A DNA stretch of 64,000 nt from Vairimorpha necatrix (lineage: Eukaryota): assembly GCA_036630325.1 (NCBI GenBank), contig CP142735.1, positions 868,001-932,000 of the forward strand, given 5' to 3'. A program made the translations under genes and the position numbers. How positions within the stretch are numbered: the first letter of the stretch is position 1; every line of letters starts with the position of its first letter. Shown here in pieces: positions 10,967-21,446 of this stretch. The notes under the pieces are model-generated. The model had not been told where the DNA came from. It saw only the letters and a list, made by a program, of their open reading frames with translations, and made no database searches.

Positions 10967-11142
10967 TTGAGACTCATTTTAAAAACTATTTTATAGACCA
11001 ATGCATTTTTATACACTAAAAACATATTCTTAAGATTTCCTAACAAGTTTTTTCAATATCATGAAAAAATCTTAGATTTAAAAAAAAAATTATATTTTTT
11101 TTCTACTTTTAATAGTACAAATGAGCTAAAAAAATTTTTATT

Positions 11143-12135
11143 TTATTTAAATTTTCGCTGTTTTAAAATATTGTAATCTTCATCATCTTGAAAAATCTTA
11201 TCAATCTCCTCTACATCTTCTAAAATTATAATCTTCTCACTATAATCTTTAAACTTAATTATTCCTAAAGTACTAAACTTCTTTAAAAAATTAAAAAAAT
11301 CATAAAAATCCAAAACACTAAGATTATTCGACTTACAAGTAAACTCAAAATTCTTAAAAATTGTACTAATACTAAAATCTTCACTATGTAGCACAATATT
11401 CAACAAAATCTTCTGATACTTACTAAGATTAGGTAAAATCATGTAACCGACTGGTAAAAAAGATTTATTAATCAACTTCGTCATCTCTTTAGATTCCTTA
11501 ATATTTTCAACAAGACTAAAAGCTTTTCTAACATCTCCAAAAATCGAAGCAACTCTTCTTGATATTAATTCTACATCATAAATATTTACATCTTTATAAT
11601 TACTACTAAGTATCTTTTTAAGCTTAACATGTGTGTATGGCTTAAAATCAACCCTATTTTTACCAAATCTACTACACACTTTTGATTCTAAAAATTTTTC
11701 GGGTAAATTCATAGTATTAGAAATACATATTAATAAAATTTTAGTGTTTTCTAAATATGCGAAATCTGTTAAATTGTAAAGAAAACTTTGTGATTTGTTG
11801 GTTAATAAATCAATTTCGTCTATAATTAAAATATGTTGAGTTTTACAAGTCATAAAATGGTTTCTTAAAGAAAATAAATTGTCGGTTTTTTTTGATTTTT
11901 GACATTTTAATTTATTGAAAATTTCTTTGTATATTAGGGATTTAAGCTTTAAATGACCTGCGTTTAAATAAATATAATCTTGGTTTAAATCTTTTAATAC
12001 TTGTTTAATTGTGTGAGTTTTTCCTGAGCCGGGGACTCCGCTTATAAAAATGTTGGAATTTGATTCGTCAGTTAAAAATTTACGGATTTTTAGTTGTAAA
12101 GTTTTAAATTCTTGTTCACGGCCAATGACAGTCAT
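11143..12135 (-). CDS. Cdc6/Orc1-family AAA+ replication initiator
   Basis: GREQE, FISGVPGSGKT Walker A, LIIDEIDLL Walker B, ISNTMNLPE, SRFG, GDVRKA. Confidence 0.92.
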   Translation of the reverse strand: MTVIGREQEFKTLQLKIRKFLTDESNSNIFISGVPGSGKTHTIKQVLKDLNQDYIYLNAGHLKLKSLIYKEIFNKLKCQKSKKTDNLFSLRNHFMTCKTQHILIIDEIDLLTNKSQSFLYNLTDFAYLENTKILLICISNTMNLPEKFLESKVCSRFGKNRVDFKPYTHVKLKKILSSNYKDVNIYDVELISRRVASIFGDVRKAFSLVENIKESKEMTKLINKSFLPVGYMILPNLSKYQKILLNIVLHSEDFSISTIFKNFEFTCKSNNLSVLDFYDFFNFLKKFSTLGIIKFKDYSEKIIILEDVEEIDKIFQDDEDYNILKQRKFK

Positions 12136-12398
12136 TATGAAGGGCGGGGAAATATGATCAAGTTTGAAAATATTTTAAATATTAAAAATAAAGTTATGCA
12201 TTGAATGTAAAAATTAATGAAATATCTTATTTTTGTAATAAGAAGTAGATCTTATTCTAAAATAAGAGAGGGTAAAAGCCATTGGGAGGTTGTGAATACG
12301 AACGCTGGTAATGACTGCTTGAAGTTAAAGACAGGAATAAAATTTCAAAAAAACTTATAAATTGTTTTATGGACAGGGACAAAAGTAAAAATTCATGT

Positions 12399-14458
12399 TG
12401 TCATGTATCCGGGGTACATGGCCATTTTTATAATATCTCTCTAAATAGTTTTTAATGTAAATATGTTTATTGATGGTTTTAGTCTCTCTCTTGGATTCTA
12501 TATATTCCATATATACCATACCCTTCACAGACAGACTTTCTTTTATAGTTTATTTTTAATTTATTATTTCTTGTCAACACTAAACACAAACATTGGCGTA
12601 CTTACGAATGTAGTAACGACCATCCAACTTTCGTTTGTTTGTTTGTGTGACTCATCATTACATGCCGTTTAAGATGTTTGACAGCTGGTTGTTTTGACAG
12701 TTGTCTATGTGATGTAGTCATGTACATCACATTCTGCCCTCTCCTAAAGCTTTAAATTTTTTAAAGATACCACTTCATTCTTATATATTCCTGACCACTC
12801 TTCATGTTTCAATATTATATTCGGCGGGTCTACTATTGCTTTATCTATAACACTACTTAACATTTTTTGCTTATTCTTCGTGTTTATACTTTCTAATATT
12901 TCATTTTTTTTCTTTCTTATTTTATATGTCTTCTTTTGTTTATATTTATCACGGTATTTTATTTTTATTAATTCATTACCTCGATTTCTTTTATTATCAT
13001 CTTTTTTATTTTCTTTTTCTATATTTTTCATCGGATTGTTAAGCTTCTTGTCAATATCTGTATTTCTTTTGACAATTAAATCCTTCTCTTTTAATATATT
13101 TGTTCCAACTACATTCTGTAGTTTCTCATGGCTAAGCGTTTTCGCTATTATTTCATCATTTTTCGATGTTTCATGTTTTGTTTTCAATTCTTTTGAATTT
13201 TCTTTATTAGTTACTTCTTGATTTTTTATTTTAATGTTCTCGACTTTATTTTCTCTATTAAATACTACCTCTTCTGGTATGTTATTTTTCTTTATTTCTC
13301 TAATTGTAAATAATTTTTCTGGAACAATATTCGGCATTTTTATGTTTTCTAAATTTTTCTTAAGCTGCTCTGAGGTATTGTTTAGTCTAAAGCAATCCTC
13401 AGTATTGTGCGTACTGTTTTTATGGAGGCAGCACCATTTATTGTTCTTGTAACCGTCCTTTTCGGTCTCAAACTTGAATCTATCATTATGAACTGATTCA
13501 TATGTCATTTCACGCCTTTTTCCTTCAAAAATCAAACACTCTTCCACTGTTTCTAAATACGTCATGGTTTCTTCGACGTTATTTTTTCCAAGCTCTAATA
13601 TCTTAAGACGAGTGGAAAAACCTAATCCCAAGAAAAAACTCTCTCTTAACTTTCTTTCGTATTCTTTTCTCGTTAAGTTTTCTAGTCTAGCATACTGATC
13701 TACTAGATTCTTTATTTCAAACAAATATTCTTTAATGTATCTGAAATTAATTTGTTTACATGCCTGTAGCTTTAAATGTAGCATCTCAGGACTTGATCTT
13801 TGACTTACATTTTTTTCAATATATCTTCTTATTTTTTCTAAATCTGGTAATCCAAATATTTGTTGCAATGTGGGATCTCGCACTAATTCTCCTAAGGCGA
13901 TTTTTTCTTTTTTAAAATCCCATTTTTTATTTCTGCTGATTCGGTTGAAATCCTCAAACCATGTATCTAGCTCCATTTCATTAAATTCTTTTATGTTTTT
14001 TATTATACTTAAGTTTTTTTTTACTTCTAAATCGATCTCTTCGATCGTATACTTAAATTCTAACGCTTCTTTAATTACTGCGTTGTTGTCCCCTTTTGAT
14101 ACTTTGTGGGAATTGAATTCAATTATGTCATGTATCCGGGGTACATGGCCATTTTTATAATATCTCTCTAAATAGTTTTTAATGTAAATATGTTTATTGA
14201 TGGTTTTAGTCTCTCTCTTGGATTCTATATATTCCATATATACCATACCCTTCACAGACAGACTTTCTTTTATAGTTTATTTTTAATTTATTATTTCTTG
14301 TCAACACTAAACACAAACATTGGCGTACTTACGAATGTAGTAACGACCATCCAACTTTCGTTTGTTTGTTTGTGTGACTCATCATTACATGCCGTTTAAG
14401 ATGTTTGACAGCTGGTTGTTTTGACAGTTGTCTATGTGATGTAGTCATGTACATCACA
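12399..14458 (-). mobile_element. Non-autonomous gag-only LTR retrotransposon (2060 bp)
   Basis: Identical 333-bp TG...CA direct repeats (12399-12731, 14126-14458); 5-bp TSD CATGT (12394-12398, 14459-14463); minus-strand PPT AGGAGAGGGCAGAA (12732-12745); no RT, RNase H or IN core. Confidence 0.93.
12744..14246 (-). CDS. Gag-like protein of the LTR element
   Basis: WFEDF.R....KW, KQ.NFRYIKEY, FFLGL and WCCLHKNSTHNTEDC (CxxHx4Hx4C knuckle). ORF opens inside the 5' LTR and stops at the PPT. Confidence 0.8.
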   Translation of the reverse strand: MVYMEYIESKRETKTINKHIYIKNYLERYYKNGHVPRIHDIIEFNSHKVSKGDNNAVIKEALEFKYTIEEIDLEVKKNLSIIKNIKEFNEMELDTWFEDFNRISRNKKWDFKKEKIALGELVRDPTLQQIFGLPDLEKIRRYIEKNVSQRSSPEMLHLKLQACKQINFRYIKEYLFEIKNLVDQYARLENLTRKEYERKLRESFFLGLGFSTRLKILELGKNNVEETMTYLETVEECLIFEGKRREMTYESVHNDRFKFETEKDGYKNNKWCCLHKNSTHNTEDCFRLNNTSEQLKKNLENIKMPNIVPEKLFTIREIKKNNIPEEVVFNRENKVENIKIKNQEVTNKENSKELKTKHETSKNDEIIAKTLSHEKLQNVVGTNILKEKDLIVKRNTDIDKKLNNPMKNIEKENKKDDNKRNRGNELIKIKYRDKYKQKKTYKIRKKKNEILESINTKNKQKMLSSVIDKAIVDPPNIILKHEEWSGIYKNEVVSLKNLKL

Positions 14459-14876
14459 CATGTATAAATAAAATATTTTATTGTAAAAAGACAGAATCAG
14501 CAAAACGAAGAAAAGCCACCAAAAACTTTACCAATAAAGAAAACCATCAATAATTGCGTTTACACGACAGCATACCTCGACGGCCCTGCTTGTAGGAGAA
14601 AGTTTTGTTCCCTTAGGTAACAGATCCTTAGTCATTTCTGACAACATATTTCGCAGACCTGACGAAAACACAACGCCTGGTTCAATACACCATTTATGAA
14701 CACAACTCAGTTCAGCAGAAAAATACAACTTCAGTATCATGCCCAACCTCTTCCAGGTTAAAAATATGAAGAATTACTCGAAAGTATACGGTTGTAATCT
14801 CACCAGCAATGAATCTCCCACCACTAGAGTATAGCTGGCCCTACTTACTAGACAGCAGCCGAAGTTGATAAGACTT

Positions 14877-14945
14877 AGAGATTTGCACCTAGTTAAAATT
14901 CATCGGTCCCGCCCTTCGTGACGCGGACGCTTTCTTGTGGAGGGC
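14877..14945 (-). ncRNA. Candidate degenerate HDV-like self-cleaving ribozyme
   Basis: Minus strand: P1 GCCCTCC/GAAGGGC, P2 AGAAA/TCTCT, P3 GCG/CAC, L3 TCCGCGT, GG for P1.1, P4 ACC..GGT, J4/2 GCAAA. One C-A mismatch in each of P1, P2 and P3. Confidence 0.4.
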
Positions 14946-15321
14946 CAAGAATTCGTGTATAAAGAGCGCACAAATATTATTTTGCAGTGTAAAAAAATTA
15001 ATTAAAAACATATTTTTTTCTGTTAGACTCTTTGGTCGTACAACTTCTCATCATGTAACATATAAGATAAACAGTAATATTGTTGGTTCATTGATATAAT
15101 TTCATTTGTGTTTGCAGGTCTATGTCACTGTACATATAAATTAGAAAATTTATAGATGTGAAACATTCAACACACAAAGTCGTCTTTAAATTAATATTTT
15201 TGCTGCATATAAATAAACAAGTATTTTTATTGTAAGTTATAATTTATTACATATTTTGTTCCAATAATATTAATGGACATGTTTTATCTTAAAACTGTTT
15301 TAAATTTTTTATATTAAAAAT

Positions 15322-17145
15322 ATGATCGTAAAAGGTCATATGCTATTACAATCTTTCTTGGAACTCATAAGACAACAAAACCTGGATGCATACATAAATC
15401 CAATACGAGACGAACATTTTAATGAAGTAATAGGAGACAACGATCAAAGAGTAAAATCCCTTACAGGGTATACTGGTACTTATGGCAGTGCTATAACAGG
15501 AGTAAGTAATGCTTTCTTTACAACGATGCAATTTTTAGAAAAAGCAAGAACAGAAATTAAGAATTTTGAAGTAGTCGAAGAACTTCCTGGTTCTATGATA
15601 AATTGGATTACGTCTAAAGGAATAAAACGTATAGGTGTTTGTTCGAAATTAATAACTTCAAGAGAATATAAGCGTTTACACGAAGATCTTCAAAAAGTTG
15701 GTGTAACTCTTGTGCCTTATAAAGACGACTTGTTCGATCAAGTGTGGTCAGATAAACCGAAGAAAAAATTTAATCCAATATTTAGTTTACAAGATATAAA
15801 ACTTTCGGAATTCATAGATAAAAAATATATAGCACAATTCAAAGAACTAATAATAAATGAGGAAAAGCCTTATAATCTGGATACAATTATACCAGGAGAG
15901 ACTTATATTGAAAAATTACAAAGACTTCGAAAAAATCTGAAAAAAGGTGAAGGATTTATCTTATCGAATATGAGTACAATTTCATGGATACTAAATCTAA
16001 GAGGCAACGATTTGAAACATTCTACATCATTTTATTCATTCGCTTATTTTACAGATAATTCATTTACATTGTTTACAGAAGATTATATCAAAATGGATGG
16101 TATTACTTTCAAACCATATAATTCATTTTATGACTTTGTAAAAGATATCAAAGAAAAAAAAGTTTATATTTCTGATGATGTAAATTTTTATACTTACAGT
16201 TTATTAAAAAATCCCGAATATTCGGAAATAATCGAAAATGAAGACGCTTATAATAACCCGGTAGAAGTATTTGGTTTCAAAATGGCTGGTATTCATGACG
16301 CTGTGTCTATAATCAAGTTATTGTCTATGTTTGAAAATTCTGAACAAGATTTTACAGAATTAGAAATCAAAAAAAAACTACTAAGATTGAAAAAAAAGAA
16401 TCCTGGTTATTACTCCGAAAGTTTTGAGCCTATCATCGCTTCTGGTATAAATTCTGCTAAAATATTTCATGAAGTTTCAAAAAAAATACACACTAAAGAC
16501 GAACTCTTATTAATAGATGTTGGTAGTCATTATTATTATGGCACTACTGACATAACAAGAACTGTTTGTTTCGGTAATTTAACACCAGACATGATAAGAT
16601 TTTACACAGTGACGGCTAAAGCTTTAACAAAGGCGAAAAGTATAAGAAAAAGTAATATCAAAGGTAAAGAATTAGATGAAGCAGTGAGATATTATTTTAA
16701 ACAGATGAGTAAGGATTTTATTACAGCTACTGGACATGGTGTAAGACATTTCTCAAATGTACATGAAAATATACCGAAGTTGGGCTATGAAGATGACATA
16801 TTGTCACAAAAAAATGTATTCACTTTAGAGCCTTTTTATCAGGATTCTTCTTTAGGTATAAGATTAGAGGATGAAGTGCTAATTAATGAAGATTCTGGTT
16901 TTGTATTTCAGACTAATTTAAGTTATGTCCCGCTTCAGCTTAATTTAATTGATAACGCAATGCTAACTGCAAAAGAAAGAAAAATGATAAATTTGTACAG
17001 TAGGAAAATGAGAGAATTTCTTACACCTAAATTAAAAAGTGATGCTTTAGCGTACAAATATTTGTTAAAAAATACAGAACAATTGCCTGATGTCGAACAG
17101 ACTAAAGACGTGAACGGAGACTTGTATGGTATGGAAACGAAATAA
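15322..17145 (+). CDS. Xaa-Pro aminopeptidase (aminopeptidase P, M24B)
   Basis: DEHFNE, WILNLRGND, LLIDVGSHY..GTTDITRT, TGHGV, TLEP, GIRLED: the D, D, H, E, E metal ligands are present. Confidence 0.93.
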   Translation: MIVKGHMLLQSFLELIRQQNLDAYINPIRDEHFNEVIGDNDQRVKSLTGYTGTYGSAITGVSNAFFTTMQFLEKARTEIKNFEVVEELPGSMINWITSKGIKRIGVCSKLITSREYKRLHEDLQKVGVTLVPYKDDLFDQVWSDKPKKKFNPIFSLQDIKLSEFIDKKYIAQFKELIINEEKPYNLDTIIPGETYIEKLQRLRKNLKKGEGFILSNMSTISWILNLRGNDLKHSTSFYSFAYFTDNSFTLFTEDYIKMDGITFKPYNSFYDFVKDIKEKKVYISDDVNFYTYSLLKNPEYSEIIENEDAYNNPVEVFGFKMAGIHDAVSIIKLLSMFENSEQDFTELEIKKKLLRLKKKNPGYYSESFEPIIASGINSAKIFHEVSKKIHTKDELLLIDVGSHYYYGTTDITRTVCFGNLTPDMIRFYTVTAKALTKAKSIRKSNIKGKELDEAVRYYFKQMSKDFITATGHGVRHFSNVHENIPKLGYEDDILSQKNVFTLEPFYQDSSLGIRLEDEVLINEDSGFVFQTNLSYVPLQLNLIDNAMLTAKERKMINLYSRKMREFLTPKLKSDALAYKYLLKNTEQLPDVEQTKDVNGDLYGMETK

Positions 17146-17378
17146 TAAATTAATTAATTTAATAACAAGAGGTTATTTATACCACAGAATTAAAAGTATA
17201 TGCATAATTAAACATAAGTCAAATGCACATAAATATAGCTTCTAGTCTTTTTACATATTAGATTTAAGCTTTTATTAATAACTGTATTAAAAATATACAG
17301 TTTACGGAGCATAAGATAATAAACAAAATAAATCATATTTTTTTAATTTCCGTTATAAAATTAATCCCCTCATATTAA

Positions 17379-18215
17379 ATGTTACAACCCGTCAAATTTT
17401 CCAATAAATTGTTAAGTTTAGATTACGATAAAGATTCTATTTTTATTGGTGACACTAAAGGATACATTTACAAATATAAATTAACATGTTCAAAAATTGA
17501 AAAACTTTTTTATTGTGACAGTCCTATTTCTAGTGTTGTGAAATATAACACAGACATTTATTATACGAACTGGGATGGTTACATATTCAAAAATGATAAA
17601 TCTACTTTTTTACAACAAGATATTATAAAATCTATGATAATTCGGCGAGATTTAATCTATGTCGCTGTAGATTTTTATATTTACATATTATCTTTAGATC
17701 TGGAAATAAAAGAAAAGATAAAAGTTCCAATTAAAGTTTTAAGTTTTTGTAATATGAATGAATACATCGTTTGCGGTCTTACTCTGCCATTTTTGGGATT
17801 TTTAGACAAAAAAAATAATCTAACAATAAAAAAAACCAACCACGATACGGGAATATTATGTGTAAAATTTTTACAAAATAAGATTTATACTGGATGTGTA
17901 GATGGATCTATACAAGTTTATGATATTTCCGAATTTATAGATGATAATAAAGAAATTGATATAAATCAATGTCAAATAATTAATGAGAAATCTAAAAAGT
18001 GGATTCGCGATATTTTTTCTGAAAATCTATTTTCGCGTGGAAATGAAATTGTTTATAATGCTAAGAAGGTTTATGAACATGACGATGAAGTCACGAGAGT
18101 CATTAAAATTGATGATAAAATTTTTTCTATTGGTATTGATTGCACAATGAAAACTTTTACAGAAGAAAAGATACTTGACGCAGAAATGGATGAAATTCAA
18201 GAGTTGAATAAATAA
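17379..18215 (+). CDS. WD40-repeat protein
   Basis: WDG, HDTGILC..IYTGCVDGSIQVYD and HDDEV..SIGIDCTMKTF repeats; CCC upstream. Confidence 0.8.
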   Translation: MLQPVKFSNKLLSLDYDKDSIFIGDTKGYIYKYKLTCSKIEKLFYCDSPISSVVKYNTDIYYTNWDGYIFKNDKSTFLQQDIIKSMIIRRDLIYVAVDFYIYILSLDLEIKEKIKVPIKVLSFCNMNEYIVCGLTLPFLGFLDKKNNLTIKKTNHDTGILCVKFLQNKIYTGCVDGSIQVYDISEFIDDNKEIDINQCQIINEKSKKWIRDIFSENLFSRGNEIVYNAKKVYEHDDEVTRVIKIDDKIFSIGIDCTMKTFTEEKILDAEMDEIQELNK

Positions 18216-18381
18216 TATTGAAGGTATCAAAGACACAACAAAATTAATGAATTGCGTATTTTTTGTATTAAATTATATTTAAAAATTTTATAATTGTTTT
18301 TACAGGGCTAAGCTAATATATATAGCTATCAATATGATGTAATTTAATTTTTTACCAGTTATCCCATTTTCTATAAAATTT

Positions 18382-19026
18382 TTATTTTGAAAGTGTATAC
18401 ATTGATAACTCATAAATTCCCATAGCTAGAAGGGCACTAAATCCAAATAGTGTTAGTCTGTAAAATGTACTAATTTTCCCTAATATTGGATATACCCACT
18501 CTTGGTTTAAATTTTTATAATAAAAACAGAGAAGGTAATAACTGAAAGTAAATACGATGTAAAATGTAAGATGAATATTAGATCTTTTAAGGATAAGTTT
18601 TTTAGACTCCAGAAATAAGCTTATAAATGGAAAGAGATGGACACAGATATCAGTAAACAGGCTTATTTTTATTCCCTGCTCAAAGAAGCTTTTGTCTCGT
18701 ATGAGTGTAGGGTCAATTAGGTACAATACCCAGAATAAAATTGTGACAAGAGCGTTGAGCGGTAGAAGAACACTGACATTATGCTTATAGAATTTCGTCA
18801 ATTCTTTGTATTTATAATTTCGCACTATAATTCCTGTTAAAAGACAAATTACTGTTAAATATAAACATATATTTGTCAGAAATATATATTTTGAACCATA
18901 AAGCGACTGATAATGCCTTGTAATTTCTGGCGGAATGCAGAAATCTGTTGTACCGTACAAACATGAAACCAATAAAAATATCTTTAAGGCTTTCATGTGT
19001 GAAGAATCTTCATAATTAATTTTCAT
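18382..19026 (-). CDS. FAR-17a/AIG1/ADTRP-like membrane protein
   Basis: FLT motif, LFW.LY..D..L, conserved H in VHLFP, WVYP; six hydrophobic segments. Confidence 0.8.
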   Translation of the reverse strand: MKINYEDSSHMKALKIFLLVSCLYGTTDFCIPPEITRHYQSLYGSKYIFLTNICLYLTVICLLTGIIVRNYKYKELTKFYKHNVSVLLPLNALVTILFWVLYLIDPTLIRDKSFFEQGIKISLFTDICVHLFPFISLFLESKKLILKRSNIHLTFYIVFTFSYYLLCFYYKNLNQEWVYPILGKISTFYRLTLFGFSALLAMGIYELSMYTLSK

Positions 19027-19288
19027 AAAAAATGGGGGCTAAAAGTTAAATTAGTTTTTTAACCAATGACAAAAAACAAAGGAGAATGTAAACAAATAAG
19101 ATTTCTTTGTACGTTTAAACACATAAAAAATATTTTATTAATTAATTATTTTAATTAACTACTAGATAATAGAATAAGATTATTTTTATTTGATAATTAT
19201 AAGCCTAATATTGTTTAAAATTAATAATTTACTTGTTTTTGATAATTTGATTTTTTTTACAGTTTGAGAAAGTGAAATTTTTAACCCT

Positions 19289-20062
19289 ATGAACGCAGAG
19301 GAAAGAATGAAAAATTACCACTGGTCAGAAAGCGACATCTCAACATGGGCCAAAGAAAAAATCATAAACGAACTAAATAAAAGAAATTACGAAATTATAA
19401 AAACTGACATTTTTGTAAAAATATGTTCAAGAATGAACAATCTAGGTCTTATTTATATTATAGAACTTGATGCTTTAAAAGATAATAAATCATGTATTTT
19501 GACTAATTTCACCACGACCCACGAGGAGAACGAAGGCTTAAAAGATTTCCCATGGTTTTTAGACTTTTTTAAAGAACTTGAAGGCGAGGCCTTATTAAAA
19601 TTTTCGAAAAATGTTTTGGAAATTAAAAACACAGTCAGACCTAGTGTCGATGTGCCAAATATAAAAGCCGATGTAAAAACATCTGGTAAGTTTATTTACA
19701 GTAGTACTGTAAATTGTCCACCTGAAGAATTTCAGAATTTTCTTGTAAAAGATGAATTTATACGATGTTGGGCTAGAGATTTGAAAATCGAAAAAGATGA
19801 AATTTTTATAGGGAAAATTCAATTAAAAATTATTGAGGTCAAAGAAGGAAATGTAAAAATGGAATTTAAACTTGATGAATGGGCTGAGATAACCAAAGTA
19901 GAAATAAAGATCAGTGAACTTAGAGGAAACACTAAAATTGATTTAAAACAAGAAGATGTACCTTTGAAGTATATTGACACTATGACTGGTATGTGGAGAG
20001 AAAACATTTTTATGCCCATTTGTATGGCTTTTGGATTCCACGAGACGCCACTTAAAAATTAA
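19289..20062 (+). CDS. AHA1: Aha1, activator of Hsp90 ATPase
   Basis: NYHWSE.D...WAK N-terminal motif plus START-like C domain (QEDVP...W..NIF.PI...FGF). Confidence 0.8.
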   Translation: MNAEERMKNYHWSESDISTWAKEKIINELNKRNYEIIKTDIFVKICSRMNNLGLIYIIELDALKDNKSCILTNFTTTHEENEGLKDFPWFLDFFKELEGEALLKFSKNVLEIKNTVRPSVDVPNIKADVKTSGKFIYSSTVNCPPEEFQNFLVKDEFIRCWARDLKIEKDEIFIGKIQLKIIEVKEGNVKMEFKLDEWAEITKVEIKISELRGNTKIDLKQEDVPLKYIDTMTGMWRENIFMPICMAFGFHETPLKN

Positions 20063-21446
20063 TAAAAAATTTTACATTTAGAAAATTATTATGTAGCATA
20101 AAACAATTTAATATTGTAGATTACAAGGTTATAGGAAACCGTTCTTTTTAATTTTAAAACATAGACTTATTGGAGCATAATGTGAAAAAGTAACTTTATA
20201 CTTTCTTGAAATTACCTTTTTTCCGAGAAAAATTAATTTCTCTTGTAGGAAGACTTTCAGAAAGAAAGGTAACCAAAAATTTAAAATCAGTTTTTCTAAA
20301 AACAAAGGATAACTTCAGCAGCAATTCCCCGGCATTTTGTTAAATTTAGAACTTGCACATCTTTTCGTATATAATTCTTACGTAAAATCTGACATGATAT
20401 TTTTTTGATTCATTTTAGATATAATAAAATTGATATGCTTTCAAGCGCCTTCTATTAAAAATGTATTCTATATGATTCTTTATAATCCTTTAGTACACTT
20501 TGCATTGTTTTCCTTGATAATTCGTCTGATTTAGATAGGTTATACCTTTAGTTATACAAGTGTTTCGTTTGCTTAATAACAGTCATGGTAAGAATTGTGA
20601 AATTGGTTATTATTTCAATGCTCAAATCCATACGACGCCTGTAACACATTAATAAAACACAATTAATATTGTATCGTATCTTTCGCATGAGAATTAGATG
20701 AATTTCTTCTACAATATAAGTTTCGTCGGTCTGTGTTACATCCAACAAATCATTTTAACTTTTAGACTTACTATTTTCCTTTTTTATGTTCCATTTTATT
20801 TTTTTAGACCAAAATGCGGAGATAGGTGACTTTACAGAAATTTAAAGACGCTTTATGTGGACATATCTTAAGTGAAAATATGCAAATTTTTATGTAGGTA
20901 TTCTGGAACACAAAAGAGATTGGTTGTTTAAATCTCATCTACTCGCGCACATTAATCTGTTTGATTTATGTAAAATCAGCCCGGTGGAGTGTGCCATCAT
21001 TTTCTTAGAATTCATCTTTTCTTTGTGTTGTGAACTATGACCTTAATAAAAATCTTACTGCCTCATTGTGTCTTGAAATATTTTTGATCTCTTGTCATGG
21101 CGATATATGTAAATCATATGTGAAGATTTTTGCAGAAACCCATCTAAAAATATTAAAAAAATATTTTGTTTAATTTATAAATTCATATAACTCTTAATTA
21201 AAATATGAAATTTTAAACGAATTAAAAAATTTTAACTTCTTTCTATTATTCTAAAAAAAACAGAGTGCCATTTTACAGGGTAAGCTCAAGTCTATATGTT
21301 AAAAATAAAAAAATTTAGGGTTATATACGTGCTACTTATTTGTATTAATGTAAAAAATGATTTAAATTATATTTCGTAATAATATTAATATGTGTATTTA
21401 CTTTTATTAAATGTTGTATCATTTTTTAACACAACTCTATATTTTT

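Noticed and set aside
12463-12672. Duplicated 69-aa ORF (also at 14190-14399)
   Set aside because: Antisense reading of the two LTR copies.
20200-21150. Possible pseudogene or non-LTR fragment (RHNEAVR on the minus strand)
   Set aside because: Single short motif; insufficient evidence for a call.
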